64,000 nucleotides of DNA from Alphaproteobacteria bacterium (GCA_964291415.2 OZ219920.1:1-64000); one strand, 5' to 3'. Counted from the stretch's first letter, positions 1-10,736 are shown. The notes: generated by a model from the sequence alone, not told the origin. Made by a program: numbers and translations.

Positions 1-636
1 AAACGCTCGAGGAGATGGGTGTGCCGACTGGGTGATCGACCAGGGCCTGTGCCCCGGCCTGCCCGCCTGGGAGGCGCTCAAGGACTGCTATGCCAACTTT
101 GCCACCCCGGATTCCGGCGGCAAGGGCCGCTGGCTCGAGGGTCCCCAGAGCTGGCACGGCGACATCATGCCCAACCGCATCAAGGGGCTGGGGCTCGACG
201 ACACCTGGTGGTCAAGTTTGCCGGTGCTGCCGATGCCCTGTGGGCCGAACTCGAGGCGGCCAAGAAGGAAGGACGCGGCACGATCATCTTCAACTGGACC
301 CCGAACTTCACGGATGCCGAAGGGTTCACCTTCATCGAGTTTCCGCCCTACTACGACGGTTGCCGCATCGTCGATGGCGGCGACCTCAGTTCCACGGGTT
401 GCGGCTCACCGGTCGGCTGGCTGAAGAAGGGAGCGCATTACAGGCTTCCGAAGACCCATCCCCAGGCCTACACGGTGTTCTCGAAACTCACGTTCAACAC
501 GCCGCAGATCGGCTCCATGGCGGCTCTGGTCGATCTCGACAAGATGACCCATGAGGATGCCGCGGCCAAGTGGCTGGCTGACAACGAGGACGTCTGGAAG
601 CCCTGGACCGAATCGGTTCTCGGCGAAAGCAACTGA
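1..636 (+). CDS. tmoX: TMAO/betaine-type ABC transporter substrate-binding protein (5'-partial; two apparent 1-bp deletions near 26 and 210)
   Basis: Stitched frames read TLEEMGVP-WVIDQGLCPGLPAWEALKDC...GGKGRWLEGPQSWHGD...W-VKFAGAADALWAELEAAKKEGRGTIIFNWTPNFTD, matching my recollection of Roseobacter TmoX. Followed by ATPase and permease; tdm is in the same window. Confidence 0.75.
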   Translation, partial: KRSRRWVCRLGDRPGPVPRPARLGGAQGLLCQLCHPGFRRQGPLARGSPELARRHHAQPHQGAGARRHLVVKFAGAADALWAELEAAKKEGRGTIIFNWTPNFTDAEGFTFIEFPPYYDGCRIVDGGDLSSTGCGSPVGWLKKGAHYRLPKTHPQAYTVFSKLTFNTPQIGSMAALVDLDKMTHEDAAAKWLADNEDVWKPWTESVLGESN

Positions 637-649
637 ACGCAGCTCTCGG

Positions 650-709
650 GCAAGGCAATCCTGCCTTGCGTGACATTTCTGTCGGGCCCTCCGTCACCGG
701 AGGGCCCGA
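650..709 (+). promoter_or_regulatory. Two intercistronic hairpins after the SBP gene (mRNA stabiliser or partial terminator)
   Basis: gcaaggca-atcc-tgccttgc (650-669) and a perfect 12-bp stem tcgggccctccg-tcac-cggagggcccga (682-709). Confidence 0.55.
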
Positions 710-777
710 TTGCATTAGAGCATTGACCCGGCCGCGCCAACCGCAAAGAATCAGGAGTCGCGTCCCGCGGGTCGGGA

Positions 778-1860
778 ATGCACGAAAACGGGGGAGAGTT
801 CATGCCTTCTAGAGGACGGGCGGATGGCGAAGGGAAACCAGTCATCGAGTGCCGGTCCGTCTACAAGATCTTCGGGCGTCATGCGAAGAGCCTGCTTGAG
901 GGAGCCGATGGATTCGTTGACGCCGATGCCGCCAAGGCGGCCGGCTGCATTGTCGGGGTCAACAACGCCTCGTTCGAGGTTCACGCCGGCGAACTTCTCG
1001 TCATCATGGGATTGTCCGGTTCGGGCAAGTCGACGCTGCTTCGTTGCATCTCCAGGCTGACCGAGGCGTCCGCAGGCAAGATCTTCATCGAGGGGCAGGA
1101 CCTTCTGGCCATGAACGGCCGGCAACTGCTGGACATGCGACGTTCCAGGATGGGCATGGTGTTCCAGAACTTCGGCCTTCTGCCCCACAAGACCGTGCTG
1201 GAGAACATCGCCTTCCCGCTCCAGATGAAGGGAATGAAGACCCGGGACAGTGTCTCGAGGGCGCGGGACATGGCGGAGCTCGTCGGTCTTCAGGGGCGTG
1301 AAAACTACTTTCCCAGGGAACTTTCCGGCGGTCAGCAGCAGCGGGTCGGAATCGCCCGTTCGCTGGCGGTCGAACCCGATATCTGGTTCCTCGATGAGCC
1401 GTTCTCTGCTCTCGATCCGCTCATCCGCAAGGAGATGCAGGACGAGTTCCTGAGACTCCAGGAAGTCCTCAACAAGACCATTCTCTTTGTTACCCATGAC
1501 TTCGACGAGGCGCTTCGTCTGGCCGACCGTATCGCCATCATGAAGGAGGGCATCATCGAGCAACTCGATACGCCGGCCAACATCATCCTGGAGCCGGCCA
1601 CGGAGTATGTCCGCAAGTTCACCCAGGACGTGCCACGGGAAAAGGTCCTGAAGATCGAGGTTCTCATGGATCCGATTGACGAGACGGAAGCACTCTCCGA
1701 CCTCAGGGTCTCCAAGGATCTGATCATCGAGACTGTTGCCGAAGCGATTCTGAATCAGACACGGCCTGTCGGCGTGGTCGATGCTGACGACCGGCTCGTC
1801 GGCATTCTCCACGCCTCTCATGTGATCAACGTCCTCTTCGGCACCAGGCAGGGGACTTGA
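778..1860 (+). CDS. tmoW: Betaine/TMAO ABC transporter ATP-binding protein (ProV family; start may be 802)
   Basis: Walker A GLSGSGKS, signature LSGGQQQRV, Walker B FLDEPFSALD, degenerate CBS-like C-terminus. Confidence 0.8.
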   Translation: MHENGGEFMPSRGRADGEGKPVIECRSVYKIFGRHAKSLLEGADGFVDADAAKAAGCIVGVNNASFEVHAGELLVIMGLSGSGKSTLLRCISRLTEASAGKIFIEGQDLLAMNGRQLLDMRRSRMGMVFQNFGLLPHKTVLENIAFPLQMKGMKTRDSVSRARDMAELVGLQGRENYFPRELSGGQQQRVGIARSLAVEPDIWFLDEPFSALDPLIRKEMQDEFLRLQEVLNKTILFVTHDFDEALRLADRIAIMKEGIIEQLDTPANIILEPATEYVRKFTQDVPREKVLKIEVLMDPIDETEALSDLRVSKDLIIETVAEAILNQTRPVGVVDADDRLVGILHASHVINVLFGTRQGT

Positions 1861-1870
1861 TCGGGCGGCC

Positions 1871-3931
1871 ATGGCGGCACCACGGATATCCCGCAAGACC
1901 ATCGGTTTTGGCGTTCTCTTCGTTGTTTTCGTGCTGCTGTGCCTGCTGGTCAATCCTTCGGACGCCAACTGGTTGTGGCGGTTTCCGCCGCTGCTGAAGG
2001 ATCTGCCGTTCATCATCAACGACACGGTCCAGAACCTGCTCTTCGAGTGGATGCCGATCGAGGTCTACGATCCGACGATCGACGACTACGAGACCAGACC
2101 CCTGTTCCGCGAGATGACACGGGCGATCTCGAGCTCTCTTCTCATCATCATTGACGCTGTGCGCGAGGTCATGCTTGGCGGGGTCAAGACGATCGTCGCC
2201 TTCACGGACTGGAACTTCATCAACGAGAATCCTTGGCTGCGCTGGCCTGCCCTGCCATGGACGGTGATCACGGGCTGGGCCATCGTTCTGGGCTACAGGC
2301 TCCAGGGAATCGGACTGGCGGCCCTGGCGGCCTTCTCCACTGTCTACGTCGCCGTCTTCGGGCAGTGGGAGCCGTCGATGCAAACGCTCTCGTTCGTTCT
2401 GGTGGCGGCGCCGGTGTCCGTGGTTCTCGGGCTGGGTCTGGGCATCTGGGCCTTCAGGAACAGGGCAGTCGAGTCGGCTCTCAATCCGCTTCTCAATGTG
2501 GCCCAGACGATGCCGCACTATTCCTACCTTGTTCCTGTCATCGTCCTCTTCGGGGTCGGGGATCACGCGGCTGCCATCGCCACAATCATCTTTGCCACGC
2601 CGCCGATGGTGCGACTCACGTTGCTCGGCCTGAAGAACGTGCCGGCGGATGTCGTCGAGGCCGGCATCATGAACGGGTGCGGCAGATTCCAGCTGCTGTT
2701 CCGGGTGCTCGTGCCGACTGCCAAGCGCGATGTTCTCATCGGTGTCAACCAGGTGGTGATGCAGTGCCTGGCGATGACCGTAATCGCATCCTTCATCGGC
2801 GCACAGGGCCTTGGATCGAACCTGATGATCGCCCTGAACTCCCTCAAGGTCGGCACCGGCATCGAGATCGGACTGTGCATCGTGCTGATTGCTGTGGTTC
2901 TCGACAGGATGTCGCTGGCCTGGGCCCACAAGCAGACGGACTACTTTGCGGATCTCTCCTTCTTCGAGCGCCATCGCCTGGTGATCGTGCTGGCGGCCAT
3001 CCTGGTTGCCGGATGTCTGCTTGCCTGGGCCGGATCGTTCATCTTCGGGGAGGACCGCAACTACCTCTACATCGTGCCGCACAACAAGGGCATCACGACC
3101 GCTCCCTTCTGGCAGGCGGCGGTCGACTGGATCTGGGATACCTTCTTCTTCACGCTGAAGGGCTTCAACGAGTTCCTGATTACCCAGGTGCTCTTCCCGA
3201 TGCGGGATCTCTATCTCGGCATGCCGGTGATCGCCACCTTCGTGCTCATGATGGGCCTTGCCTTCCTTCTCGATGGTCTGAAATCCGCACTCATCGTCGG
3301 CGGTTTCCTGCTCTTCATCGCCTTGTCGGAGTACTGGGACAGGGCTCTCATCACGGCCTACATGGCCTCCTTTTCCGTCATGGTGGCGGCTGTCGTCGGG
3401 CTCGTCGTGGGCACGTTGTGTGCGCAGAACCGCCTGGCGACAAGGGCGGTGCTCCTCGTTTGCGACTTCCTGCAGACATTCCCGTCCTTCATCTACCTCA
3501 TTCCGGTGATCATGCTGTTCGGCATCACCGATACATCCGTGATCATTGCATCCGTGGTCTATGCCCTGGTGCCAGCCACCCGCTACACGGTGGAGGGGCT
3601 GCGCAGCGTGCCCGCGGTGATCCAGGAAGCAGGCACGATGTCAGGCGTCTCGCGCATGCAGAGGCTGGTCCAGATCGAGTTCCCGCTCGCCTTTCCGCAC
3701 ATCATGCTGGGATTGAACCAGACGGTGATCTTCGGCCTCTTCATGGTGATCATCGGCGCCTTCATCGGCACCACCGATCTCGGCCAGCTGATCCTCGGGG
3801 CGATCTCGGATCCCCGCGGAACCGGCATCGGTCTCACGCTCGGCCTGTGCGTCGCCTTCATCGGTCTCGCCGTCGACCAGATCGTCCGTACGTGGGCCGA
3901 ACGGCGCAAGAGGGAACTCGATCTCGGCTGA
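1871..3931 (+). CDS. tmoV: Fused double ProW-type ABC permease
   Basis: 686 aa, hydrophobic, two BPD_transp modules (QTMPHYSYLVP...EAG; QTFPSFIYLIP...EAG). Confidence 0.8.
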   Translation: MAAPRISRKTIGFGVLFVVFVLLCLLVNPSDANWLWRFPPLLKDLPFIINDTVQNLLFEWMPIEVYDPTIDDYETRPLFREMTRAISSSLLIIIDAVREVMLGGVKTIVAFTDWNFINENPWLRWPALPWTVITGWAIVLGYRLQGIGLAALAAFSTVYVAVFGQWEPSMQTLSFVLVAAPVSVVLGLGLGIWAFRNRAVESALNPLLNVAQTMPHYSYLVPVIVLFGVGDHAAAIATIIFATPPMVRLTLLGLKNVPADVVEAGIMNGCGRFQLLFRVLVPTAKRDVLIGVNQVVMQCLAMTVIASFIGAQGLGSNLMIALNSLKVGTGIEIGLCIVLIAVVLDRMSLAWAHKQTDYFADLSFFERHRLVIVLAAILVAGCLLAWAGSFIFGEDRNYLYIVPHNKGITTAPFWQAAVDWIWDTFFFTLKGFNEFLITQVLFPMRDLYLGMPVIATFVLMMGLAFLLDGLKSALIVGGFLLFIALSEYWDRALITAYMASFSVMVAAVVGLVVGTLCAQNRLATRAVLLVCDFLQTFPSFIYLIPVIMLFGITDTSVIIASVVYALVPATRYTVEGLRSVPAVIQEAGTMSGVSRMQRLVQIEFPLAFPHIMLGLNQTVIFGLFMVIIGAFIGTTDLGQLILGAISDPRGTGIGLTLGLCVAFIGLAVDQIVRTWAERRKRELDLG

Positions 3932-4058
3932 ACCATTGCGGCCGTAACCCGTGGTTCGATCACCGGTCGGCACGCACGTCCCGTCTGGCCCGGCGTTGCG
4001 GGCACTTCGCCCGGTTGGTTCGGTCGTTCCCGAATCGCCGGCTTTCAGGTCAGGGTCT

Positions 4059-5063
4059 CTACTTCCAGACTGCTTCGGCGACCCGCATGAAGTTGCCGCC
4101 CATGATGGCGCGGACATCCCGTTCGGAGTACTGGCGCCGGAACAGTTCCTCGGCGAGTTCAAGGATCTGGCCTGGCGCTGCACAAGTGATGTCCGGGTGG
4201 TCGTACTGGGCCTTCGGCCAGTAGTCCGTGTTGCGCTCGAGGACGCTTCCCAGGCCTTCACCCCCGTCATCATCGCCTTCGAAGGCGTAGTCGAGGCCGA
4301 TGCCGACGTGGTCGGGTCCGAGAAGATTGACGTAGTGGTCGACATGGTCCGCCATGGTCGTCGTGCGGATGTCGTTGTCGCCCAGAAAGATGCCGATTCC
4401 GACGATGCCCACCACGCCGCCTGTTGCCGCGCAGGCCTCCGCCTGGTCATCGCGGATGTTGCGCTCGTGATCCCGAAGCGCCCGGGCGTTGGAATGCGAG
4501 AAGATGCACGGCGCCGTGGAGATTTCCATTGCCTCCATGGAGGATGAGTAACTGGTGTGCGAACAGTCGACGATCATGCCGAGCCTGTTCATCTCGCCGA
4601 TCACGGCCCTGCCAAACGCCGTCAGGCGGATGTCCTCGTCGTGGCAGCCGCCGCCGGCGAGGTTGTTCCTGTTGTAGGCGACGAGCATCTGGCGAACGCC
4701 GAGATGATGGTACATCTCGACCATGTCGAGAGACCCGTCGAGGGCGTTCATCCCTTCAAGATCGAAACTCACCGCGAGATTGCCGGCCTTCCTGGCCGCG
4801 CGAATCCCGTCGACCGAGGAGACGAGGTCATAGCCGTCGCTGGCCAGAATCCAGCGCCGGAATGCGGCGAGCGACTTGATCGAATCGCGCCAGTCCATGA
4901 CGTCGTAGCCGACATTGACGCTGAGATAATGAACGCCGGCTTCCTTCCAGATCCGCAGCTTGGAGAGGTCGACACCGGGATCGGGACCAAATCCTGCGTG
5001 ATCGTCCCAGATGATGGCGTCACGAAAGAGGCGTTCCGCTGCCTGTCGCGGCGTGTCCGGCAT
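4059..5063 (-). CDS. Membrane dipeptidase (peptidase M19 family)
   Basis: WDDHAG, FDLEG, VDCSH, FSHSN, ERNIRD and HVGIGLDY motifs; GGAGG RBS before ATG 5063. Confidence 0.85.
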   Translation of the reverse strand: MPDTPRQAAERLFRDAIIWDDHAGFGPDPGVDLSKLRIWKEAGVHYLSVNVGYDVMDWRDSIKSLAAFRRWILASDGYDLVSSVDGIRAARKAGNLAVSFDLEGMNALDGSLDMVEMYHHLGVRQMLVAYNRNNLAGGGCHDEDIRLTAFGRAVIGEMNRLGMIVDCSHTSYSSSMEAMEISTAPCIFSHSNARALRDHERNIRDDQAEACAATGGVVGIVGIGIFLGDNDIRTTTMADHVDHYVNLLGPDHVGIGLDYAFEGDDDGGEGLGSVLERNTDYWPKAQYDHPDITCAAPGQILELAEELFRRQYSERDVRAIMGGNFMRVAEAVWK

Positions 5064-5216
5064 GGCGTTTTCCTCCCGGTTGGAACCTTCGTTCCCATCA
5101 TAGCACCCAGGTACGGGATGTCGCGCCGCGATTGCGCGCATTCCCCGAGCCTCTGTCTTGATTGTCGGGAGGGAGCGGTGTCCACTCGGGCCGGTGTCGT
5201 CGGGGAGGAGACCGTC

Positions 5217-7510
5217 ATGCCCGGACCGATTGCGATGGACCTGATGGGCGAGGTGTGGCCGGCTGCGCAGCCGGGCGCCGATCCAGGAGACCGGGGAGCG
5301 GCGTCACTGTGGCCGCAGGAACCGGTGGAGATCCGCTCCTTCCAGACTCTTGTCCTCACCTACACCGTCGGACGCTTCGGCCTCGACGACACGGGCGGCA
5401 TCAAGATCGTCCAGCGCTTTGCGAACGACGGGGGGCGCTGGCAGACCGACGATCCGGCAGCCATGAACTATTGCTCCGCACGGGCCAGCAACGGCTGTCG
5501 CCTGGTGGCGAGGGTGGAGCCGGGCGGACACCAGAGACCCTGGGACCGTTCGCTCAGGATCGTCGTCACGCACGGATCCATGGCCTGTGGGACAGGATCG
5601 AGGTGGTGTTCGGCGATCGCTCGGGCGGTTCGCCCGGTCTGCGCATGCAGACCTTTACCGAGAGTGCTCACGAGTTCCGGGTGCTCGTTGATGCCTGTGC
5701 CACGGGTCACTTCCTTCCCGTTCCCGACCGCCCCTTCGTCACGGTGGTCCCCGGAGAGGCCGCGTCCTGGCATGTCGTTCTGCCGACAAGGCGACGCCCT
5801 GGCTCGTCCTTCGCACTGTCGATCCGGGTGGAGGATGCGTGGAGCAACCCCACCGGCAAGGTGGAAGGCCCGTTCCACCTTGCGGCGAGCGGAGCGATTA
5901 CCGGCCTGCCCTCTGCCGTCGACTGGCCTCCTGGCGAAGAGTTCCTGCGTATCGAGGGCCTTTCATGCCCGGCCGAAGGCGTCGTGACCGTGAAACTCCT
6001 GTCCCCGGACGGCCGCAACCTCGCGACATCGAATCCCCTCGTGGTGGAGGAGGGCGTTCCGGAGACCTTCTGGGGGGACCTCCACGGCCAGAGCGGCGAA
6101 ACCGTCGGGATCAACACGATCGAGGAATACTTCTCGTTCGCCCGCGACCGCGCCTTTCTCGACGTCACGAGCCACCAGGCCAACGACTTCCAGATCAACG
6201 ATCTGTTCTGGCAGCACATCAACGATGTTGCCGCGGCCTTCAACGAGGATGGGCGTTTCGTGACGTTCCCGGGCTACGAGTGGTCCGGCAACACCTCCAT
6301 GGGAGGTGACCACAATGTCTTCTTCAGGAACGAGGGACGCGCCATCCGCCGTTCGTCCCGCGCGCTACTACTTGAGAGCGTCGACCCTTCCAGCGACGTC
6401 AACACCTCGGGCGCACTCTTCGAAGCCCTTTATGACGAGGATTGCGTGGTGTTTGCCCATATTGGCGGACGTCCGGCGGACATCGCGGCGGCGGATGGAG
6501 GCGCGCTCCGCACGGCGGTGGAGATCCACTCGAACTGGGGCACCTTCGAGTGGCTGATGGCGGAGAGTTTCGCCCTCGGATACCGTCACGGCCTCGTCTG
6601 CAACAGCGACGTGCACAAGGGTCGTCCGGGAGCGTCCCATCCCGGGGCCTCGGAGTTCGGCGCCTACGGTGGCCTGACCTGTTTTCTCGCCGATCGCCTT
6701 ACCCGGGACGGAATCTTCCGGTCACTTCGCCGCAGGCATCACTACGGGACCACCGGGTGCCGTCTCCACATGGATGTGCGTGTGACGTTCGATGAACCGG
6801 CCGCCCGTTTCGACACGGACCCCCGGCTTGGTCACGTGGAACCCTGTCCTTGCTCGACCCTCATCATGGGCGACATTGCCTCGACCGAGCTGACGGCCGC
6901 CCGTCTCCATCTCGATGTGGTCACGCACTCGCCGATCCTGCGCATCGACATCCTCAACGGCGCCCGTGTGGTCGCGTCCCTGCCGGGATACCGGTCCGAT
7001 ACCACCGACACGAGGCTGAGGGTTCTCTTTCACGGCGCCGAATACCGCGGCCGCGGCCGGCAGACCCGATGGCAGGGCAGGGCCCGGTTCGATGGGAGCG
7101 GCATCCGGAGTTTCTCCACCGTCTGCGCCTGGAACCACGAGCGCCCGCTCCATCGCAATGGCGACAGCGAGGTGGTCTTCGACGTGCTCACCACCGGCAA
7201 CTTCGTCGGGTTCGACGCGGGCCTGGAGTCGTGGTCAGGCAACATTGCGCTTGATGCGGGCCATGTCGACATCACCATGCCCTTGCAGGATATCGGCGAG
7301 GAACCCCTTGTGATCGAGGCCGGCGGGCTGGAACGCCATGTTTCCCTGACGCGCCTTCCCGAAGACTTGGCGGTGACGCGGATGAACGAGACCCTTGACG
7401 TCGCCCTTCATGACGACGGCGACAATCCCCTGTGGATCAGGGTCACGACAGAGGATGGTCACCGGGCCTGGTCGAGCCCGGTCTACCTTTTCCGTCGGGC
7501 CGCATCATGA
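5217..7510 (+). CDS. DUF3604 / PHP-like metallohydrolase (apparent 1-bp deletion at ~5590)
   Basis: N-terminal part is in ORF 4557..5987 (LTYTVGRFGLDDTGGIK), the rest in ORF 5162..7510. Motifs FWGDLHGQSGET, SHQAND, GYEWSG, EIHSNWG, NSDVHKGRPG, AWSSPV. Adding one G to tgtggGac restores 765 codons. Confidence 0.8.
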
Positions 7511-8148
7511 GGGCCATCGCCGTTCTTGCCGTCCTGTTGCTGACGCCTGTGTGGGCTTCGGCCAACCAGGTCATGTTCGACGGAAGTTGGCAGGACCAGT
7601 CCTTTCTGTTCCGTTCCGACAACGAGTACATCCAGGAAGGCACCCGGCTGACGATCCGGTCCGACGACAGCGTATCCGTTCTCTGGCGTTCCGCTCCGCC
7701 GGATGTTCGCCATGCCCGTCAGGCGAGCTGGTACTGGTCGGTGGAGCAGGGCGTGGCGCCCACGGATCTCTCGCTCAAGGGCGGTGACGATCGCAACATC
7801 GCTCTCTACTTCCTGTTCGCGCCGCAAGAGCTCGCAAGCGGCCTTGAGAACGCTTCCCCTGATCGGGTCTTCCAGCACGAGGCGGTGCGGATCCTCGTCT
7901 ATGTCCGTGGCGGAAACCACGAACCCGGCACTATCGTCAACAGCCCCTACCTGGAGCCACGCGGCGTTCTTGTTCCCCTCAGAGGAACCGGGACCGGCAC
8001 ATTTGCCGAATCGGTGGACCTCGATGCCGACTTTCGCCGGGCCTTTGGCATGCCACCTGGCGTCCTTCTCGGTCTCGGCATCTCTGCGGACAGCGATGAT
8101 ACCAATGGCGTAATCGAGGCGGAACTCGGCGGCCTCTTCATCGAATGA
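7507..8148 (+). CDS. DUF3047 family exported protein
   Basis: Signal peptide MRAIAVLAVLLL; TDLSLKGGDDRN and ISADSDDT motifs; ATGA overlap with the upstream gene. Confidence 0.8.
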   Translation: MRAIAVLAVLLLTPVWASANQVMFDGSWQDQSFLFRSDNEYIQEGTRLTIRSDDSVSVLWRSAPPDVRHARQASWYWSVEQGVAPTDLSLKGGDDRNIALYFLFAPQELASGLENASPDRVFQHEAVRILVYVRGGNHEPGTIVNSPYLEPRGVLVPLRGTGTGTFAESVDLDADFRRAFGMPPGVLLGLGISADSDDTNGVIEAELGGLFIE

Positions 8149-8309
8149 TCCCGACCGTCCGCAGGTTCATGCCATTGGACCGGACCCTGCTGTTCCGGGA
8201 GGGCGAACGTCCCTCGCCGTCATTCGGACGACCCAGTCCGAGACGAATCCTCGCCAGCAGTCAATGGGGAGCGGCGACTTGGTTGGCTCTGGCCGGACTC
8301 GTTGCGGTT

Positions 8310-9194
8310 CTATTCGTCGAGACAGGAATCGGCCAACCGCATCAGGCGCGCGGTCTCGGTGGCGAGAAGCTCCATGTACATCGGGTTGTCGAGTGTGTCC
8401 TCGACAACATGCGGCAGCAGGAATCGCCTCATCTCGGAAGCAAACTCTGAAGAACGGACGATGTCCCCGGCCTTTGCTGCCGCGGTCTCCAGCCGGGACC
8501 GGTCAAGGCGTCGGTCATCCAGCTTGGCGCGCAGAAGATCTGTCCGGACTGCCGTTCCGGTCCTCGTGAGCCAGTTCATGTCCCAGACATCGCGGTAGCG
8601 CGGGCGGTCCTGGTTCGTCACCGAGCCGGGAACGGCCACGAGCTTGCTGGCAAGGATCTCCTCGCGGCTCTGGACACGCACGAGCATCTCGGAGGTTCGC
8701 GTCACACCGTAGTTCTGGGCAATTGCTCCCGGTCCATCCGTGTAGGTCGGCGCATTGTCGATATCGAGCTTGACCATCTGTCTGGGGATGTCGCGTCGGC
8801 TGGACCGGATTTCGAATGAAATGCGCCAGGTGGACACTCCACCGCTCGAAGGGTGACGGGTGGCCAGATTCCTCGGAGGTCTGACTTCGACACCCAGCCC
8901 TCGGTCGGAGAGTGTTTGCTCCAGGTATGCGGCCAGTCCGTCCATGGTCCTGGCGGAAAAATCCGGTCCGCCCGAAAAGTCCAGGTCCTCGCTCAGCCGG
9001 GAGGACCCATGGCACAGTCGAAGTGCCGTACCCCCCTGGAATGTCAGACCATCGAGCCAACCCCCGCGCTGAAGAACGTTCAGCAGTTCGTAGTGCAGCA
9101 ATTCCTTCTCGACGATGACTTCCATGCCCGCGAGCTGGGGATTGCGCTGAAGCGCGACTTCGGCCAGTTCACGGAAGGTACTTCCTTCGCTCAC
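8310..9194 (-). CDS. abiEii: AbiEii/AbiGii family nucleotidyltransferase toxin (type IV TA)
   Basis: VEKE, FQGGTALRLCHGSSRLSEDLDF, ILASKL and RYRDVWD motifs. Confidence 0.9.
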   Translation of the reverse strand: MSEGSTFRELAEVALQRNPQLAGMEVIVEKELLHYELLNVLQRGGWLDGLTFQGGTALRLCHGSSRLSEDLDFSGGPDFSARTMDGLAAYLEQTLSDRGLGVEVRPPRNLATRHPSSGGVSTWRISFEIRSSRRDIPRQMVKLDIDNAPTYTDGPGAIAQNYGVTRTSEMLVRVQSREEILASKLVAVPGSVTNQDRPRYRDVWDMNWLTRTGTAVRTDLLRAKLDDRRLDRSRLETAAAKAGDIVRSSEFASEMRRFLLPHVVEDTLDNPMYMELLATETARLMRLADSCLDE

Positions 9195-9199
9195 GATGG

Positions 9200-9751
9200 C
9201 TATTCCTCCGCGTCGGTGTACTCCTGCATCTCGTCAAGATTGACGAGATGCAGATTGCGCCCGACTCGCCGCAGGTCTCGCAGCGCTGCCGGTGCCGAGG
9301 CAATCTGCAAGGGGCGGTCCCTCTCGATCGTGTTCCTCGCGATATCCGCCGGGGATCGCTTGGTATGGGTGAATTCGATCACGCCGTAGGGGGTCCTGAA
9401 TGTGCCCTTCCTGCCTGTTGTCATGACGGTCAGATAGGCTTGCGGCACTTGCGAGATCACTCCCCACTCAGAGAGGGCGGATTCAAGGCTGATATAGTTG
9501 TATTCACCGTAGCGGATCGCACAGGCAATCCGTTCAAACAGCCCGACACGGCTGTGGCCCGAGAGGGGATTGACGAAGACCCCGTTGGCCACCCGCTCAA
9601 GCACCCCCTGCCGCACCATGCGACGCAGGCTTTCGGAGAGCGTCTTGTCCGACCGGTGTGGAAAGAGATTGCGCAGATCCTGGAGCGTGAACACGGACCA
9701 ACCGTAGCGGTCCCACTCGGCCAGGGTCTTGACGGCTTCGATCGTACGCAT
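9200..9751 (-). CDS. abiEi: AbiEi family antitoxin (type IV TA)
   Basis: N-terminal wHTH; YISLESALSEWGVISQVP, VMTTGR and IEFTH motifs; lies directly upstream of the toxin. Confidence 0.88.
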   Translation of the reverse strand: MRTIEAVKTLAEWDRYGWSVFTLQDLRNLFPHRSDKTLSESLRRMVRQGVLERVANGVFVNPLSGHSRVGLFERIACAIRYGEYNYISLESALSEWGVISQVPQAYLTVMTTGRKGTFRTPYGVIEFTHTKRSPADIARNTIERDRPLQIASAPAALRDLRRVGRNLHLVNLDEMQEYTDAEE

Positions 9752-9778
9752 GAAACTCTCATCGACACTTCAACCAAA

Positions 9779-9807
9779 CATATATAGGAATATCGTCCAC
9801 TTTACAA
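9779..9807 (-). promoter_or_regulatory. Putative sigma70 promoter of the abiE operon
   Basis: Minus strand TTGTAA-N17-TATATG in an AT-rich patch ~30 bp upstream of the abiEi ATG. Confidence 0.5.
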
Positions 9808-9845
9808 GATCATGATGCCGAACATAGGCCTTCGGTTCGGGATCG

Positions 9846-10134
9846 GACTGTGGCAACGGCGAGACGTGGCACGCGGTCAACAATGCGTTGGCGATTCCTG
9901 CCCGAACAGGGGTCACTCACGGCGAGAGTACTTTGATGAAGTCCGGTTCGATCCGGAGCCACGGTACCGGACACACCCCGGTTTCCGGTACCGTGATCAC
10001 AGCTGATTCTGGAACACCGCGCCTGACAGCCCGCCTCCGAATGGGCCAGAGCGTGGTTCGCGGTCATCGGGTACGGCGTCGGATCGATCGTCACCTCCGA
10101 CGACGCCCTGGACCGGATGTTCGTTGCCACAGTC
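9846..10134. mobile_element. MITE-like element (~290 bp) with perfect terminal inverted repeats and an internal hairpin
   Basis: gactgtggcaacg (9846-9858) / cgttgccacagtc (10122-10134). With a 12-bp TIR, the flanks give a CGG direct repeat. Internal 12-bp IR cacggtaccgga/tccggtaccgtg (9960-9995). No convincing ORF. Confidence 0.5.
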
Positions 10135-10211
10135 GGCGGCGCCGGTCCTGAAGTCTATCGGGATTCCGGCAGCGCTGTTGGCCTTTTACTGAAATTATAG
10201 TATATGGGCGC

Positions 10212-10736
10212 ATGGTCACGCGTCTTCTGATCCTGTGGCTTCTGGCCGAAGGACCGCACCATGGCTACAGCATCAAGGCCATCCTGTCCGACCGCGGTTT
10301 CGCGCCCTGGTTCGCTGTGGAGGATGCCTCGATCTACGCGATGCTCAGAAGCCTTGTGAAGCAGGGGCTTGCCGAAGCGGCGGGCGAGGAACGGATCGGC
10401 AACCGGCCGTCGCGGACCCGCTACCGGATCACGCCGCAGGGCCGTCGAACCCTGGCTGCGGAACTGCCCGCCGCCCTGGCGATCGCTGCGCCGCGGCCCC
10501 AACCGGTCCATGCGGCCCTGGCTGCGGCCGACGAGTTCGAGCCTTGCGACCTGCGAGCCGGGCTGGCCGCCCGCCAGAAGGCGCTCGTTGAACGCCGGAA
10601 GCTCGTCGGCGAGCGCCTCCTTGCCGCGCCCTCGCCACTGCTTGCCCGCCGCGAACTGGCACTGCTGGATGCCGAGCTCGCCTGGCTCGCGGCCGAAATC
10701 AGGAACCACGACAGACAATGGGGAGTTCCACCATGA
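10212..10736 (+). CDS. PadR family transcriptional regulator
   Basis: LLILWLLAEGPHHGYSIK, SIYAMLRSL and RTRYRITPQGR motifs; helical C-terminus. Confidence 0.88.
   Translation: MVTRLLILWLLAEGPHHGYSIKAILSDRGFAPWFAVEDASIYAMLRSLVKQGLAEAAGEERIGNRPSRTRYRITPQGRRTLAAELPAALAIAAPRPQPVHAALAAADEFEPCDLRAGLAARQKALVERRKLVGERLLAAPSPLLARRELALLDAELAWLAAEIRNHDRQWGVPP

Noticed and set aside
2233-4224. 663-aa alternative-frame ORF, and similar long shadow ORFs (19457..21031, 29186..30757, 43002..44825, 50643..52427)
   Set aside because: They overlap well-supported genes and have no recognisable motifs; such ORFs are expected from high-GC codon bias
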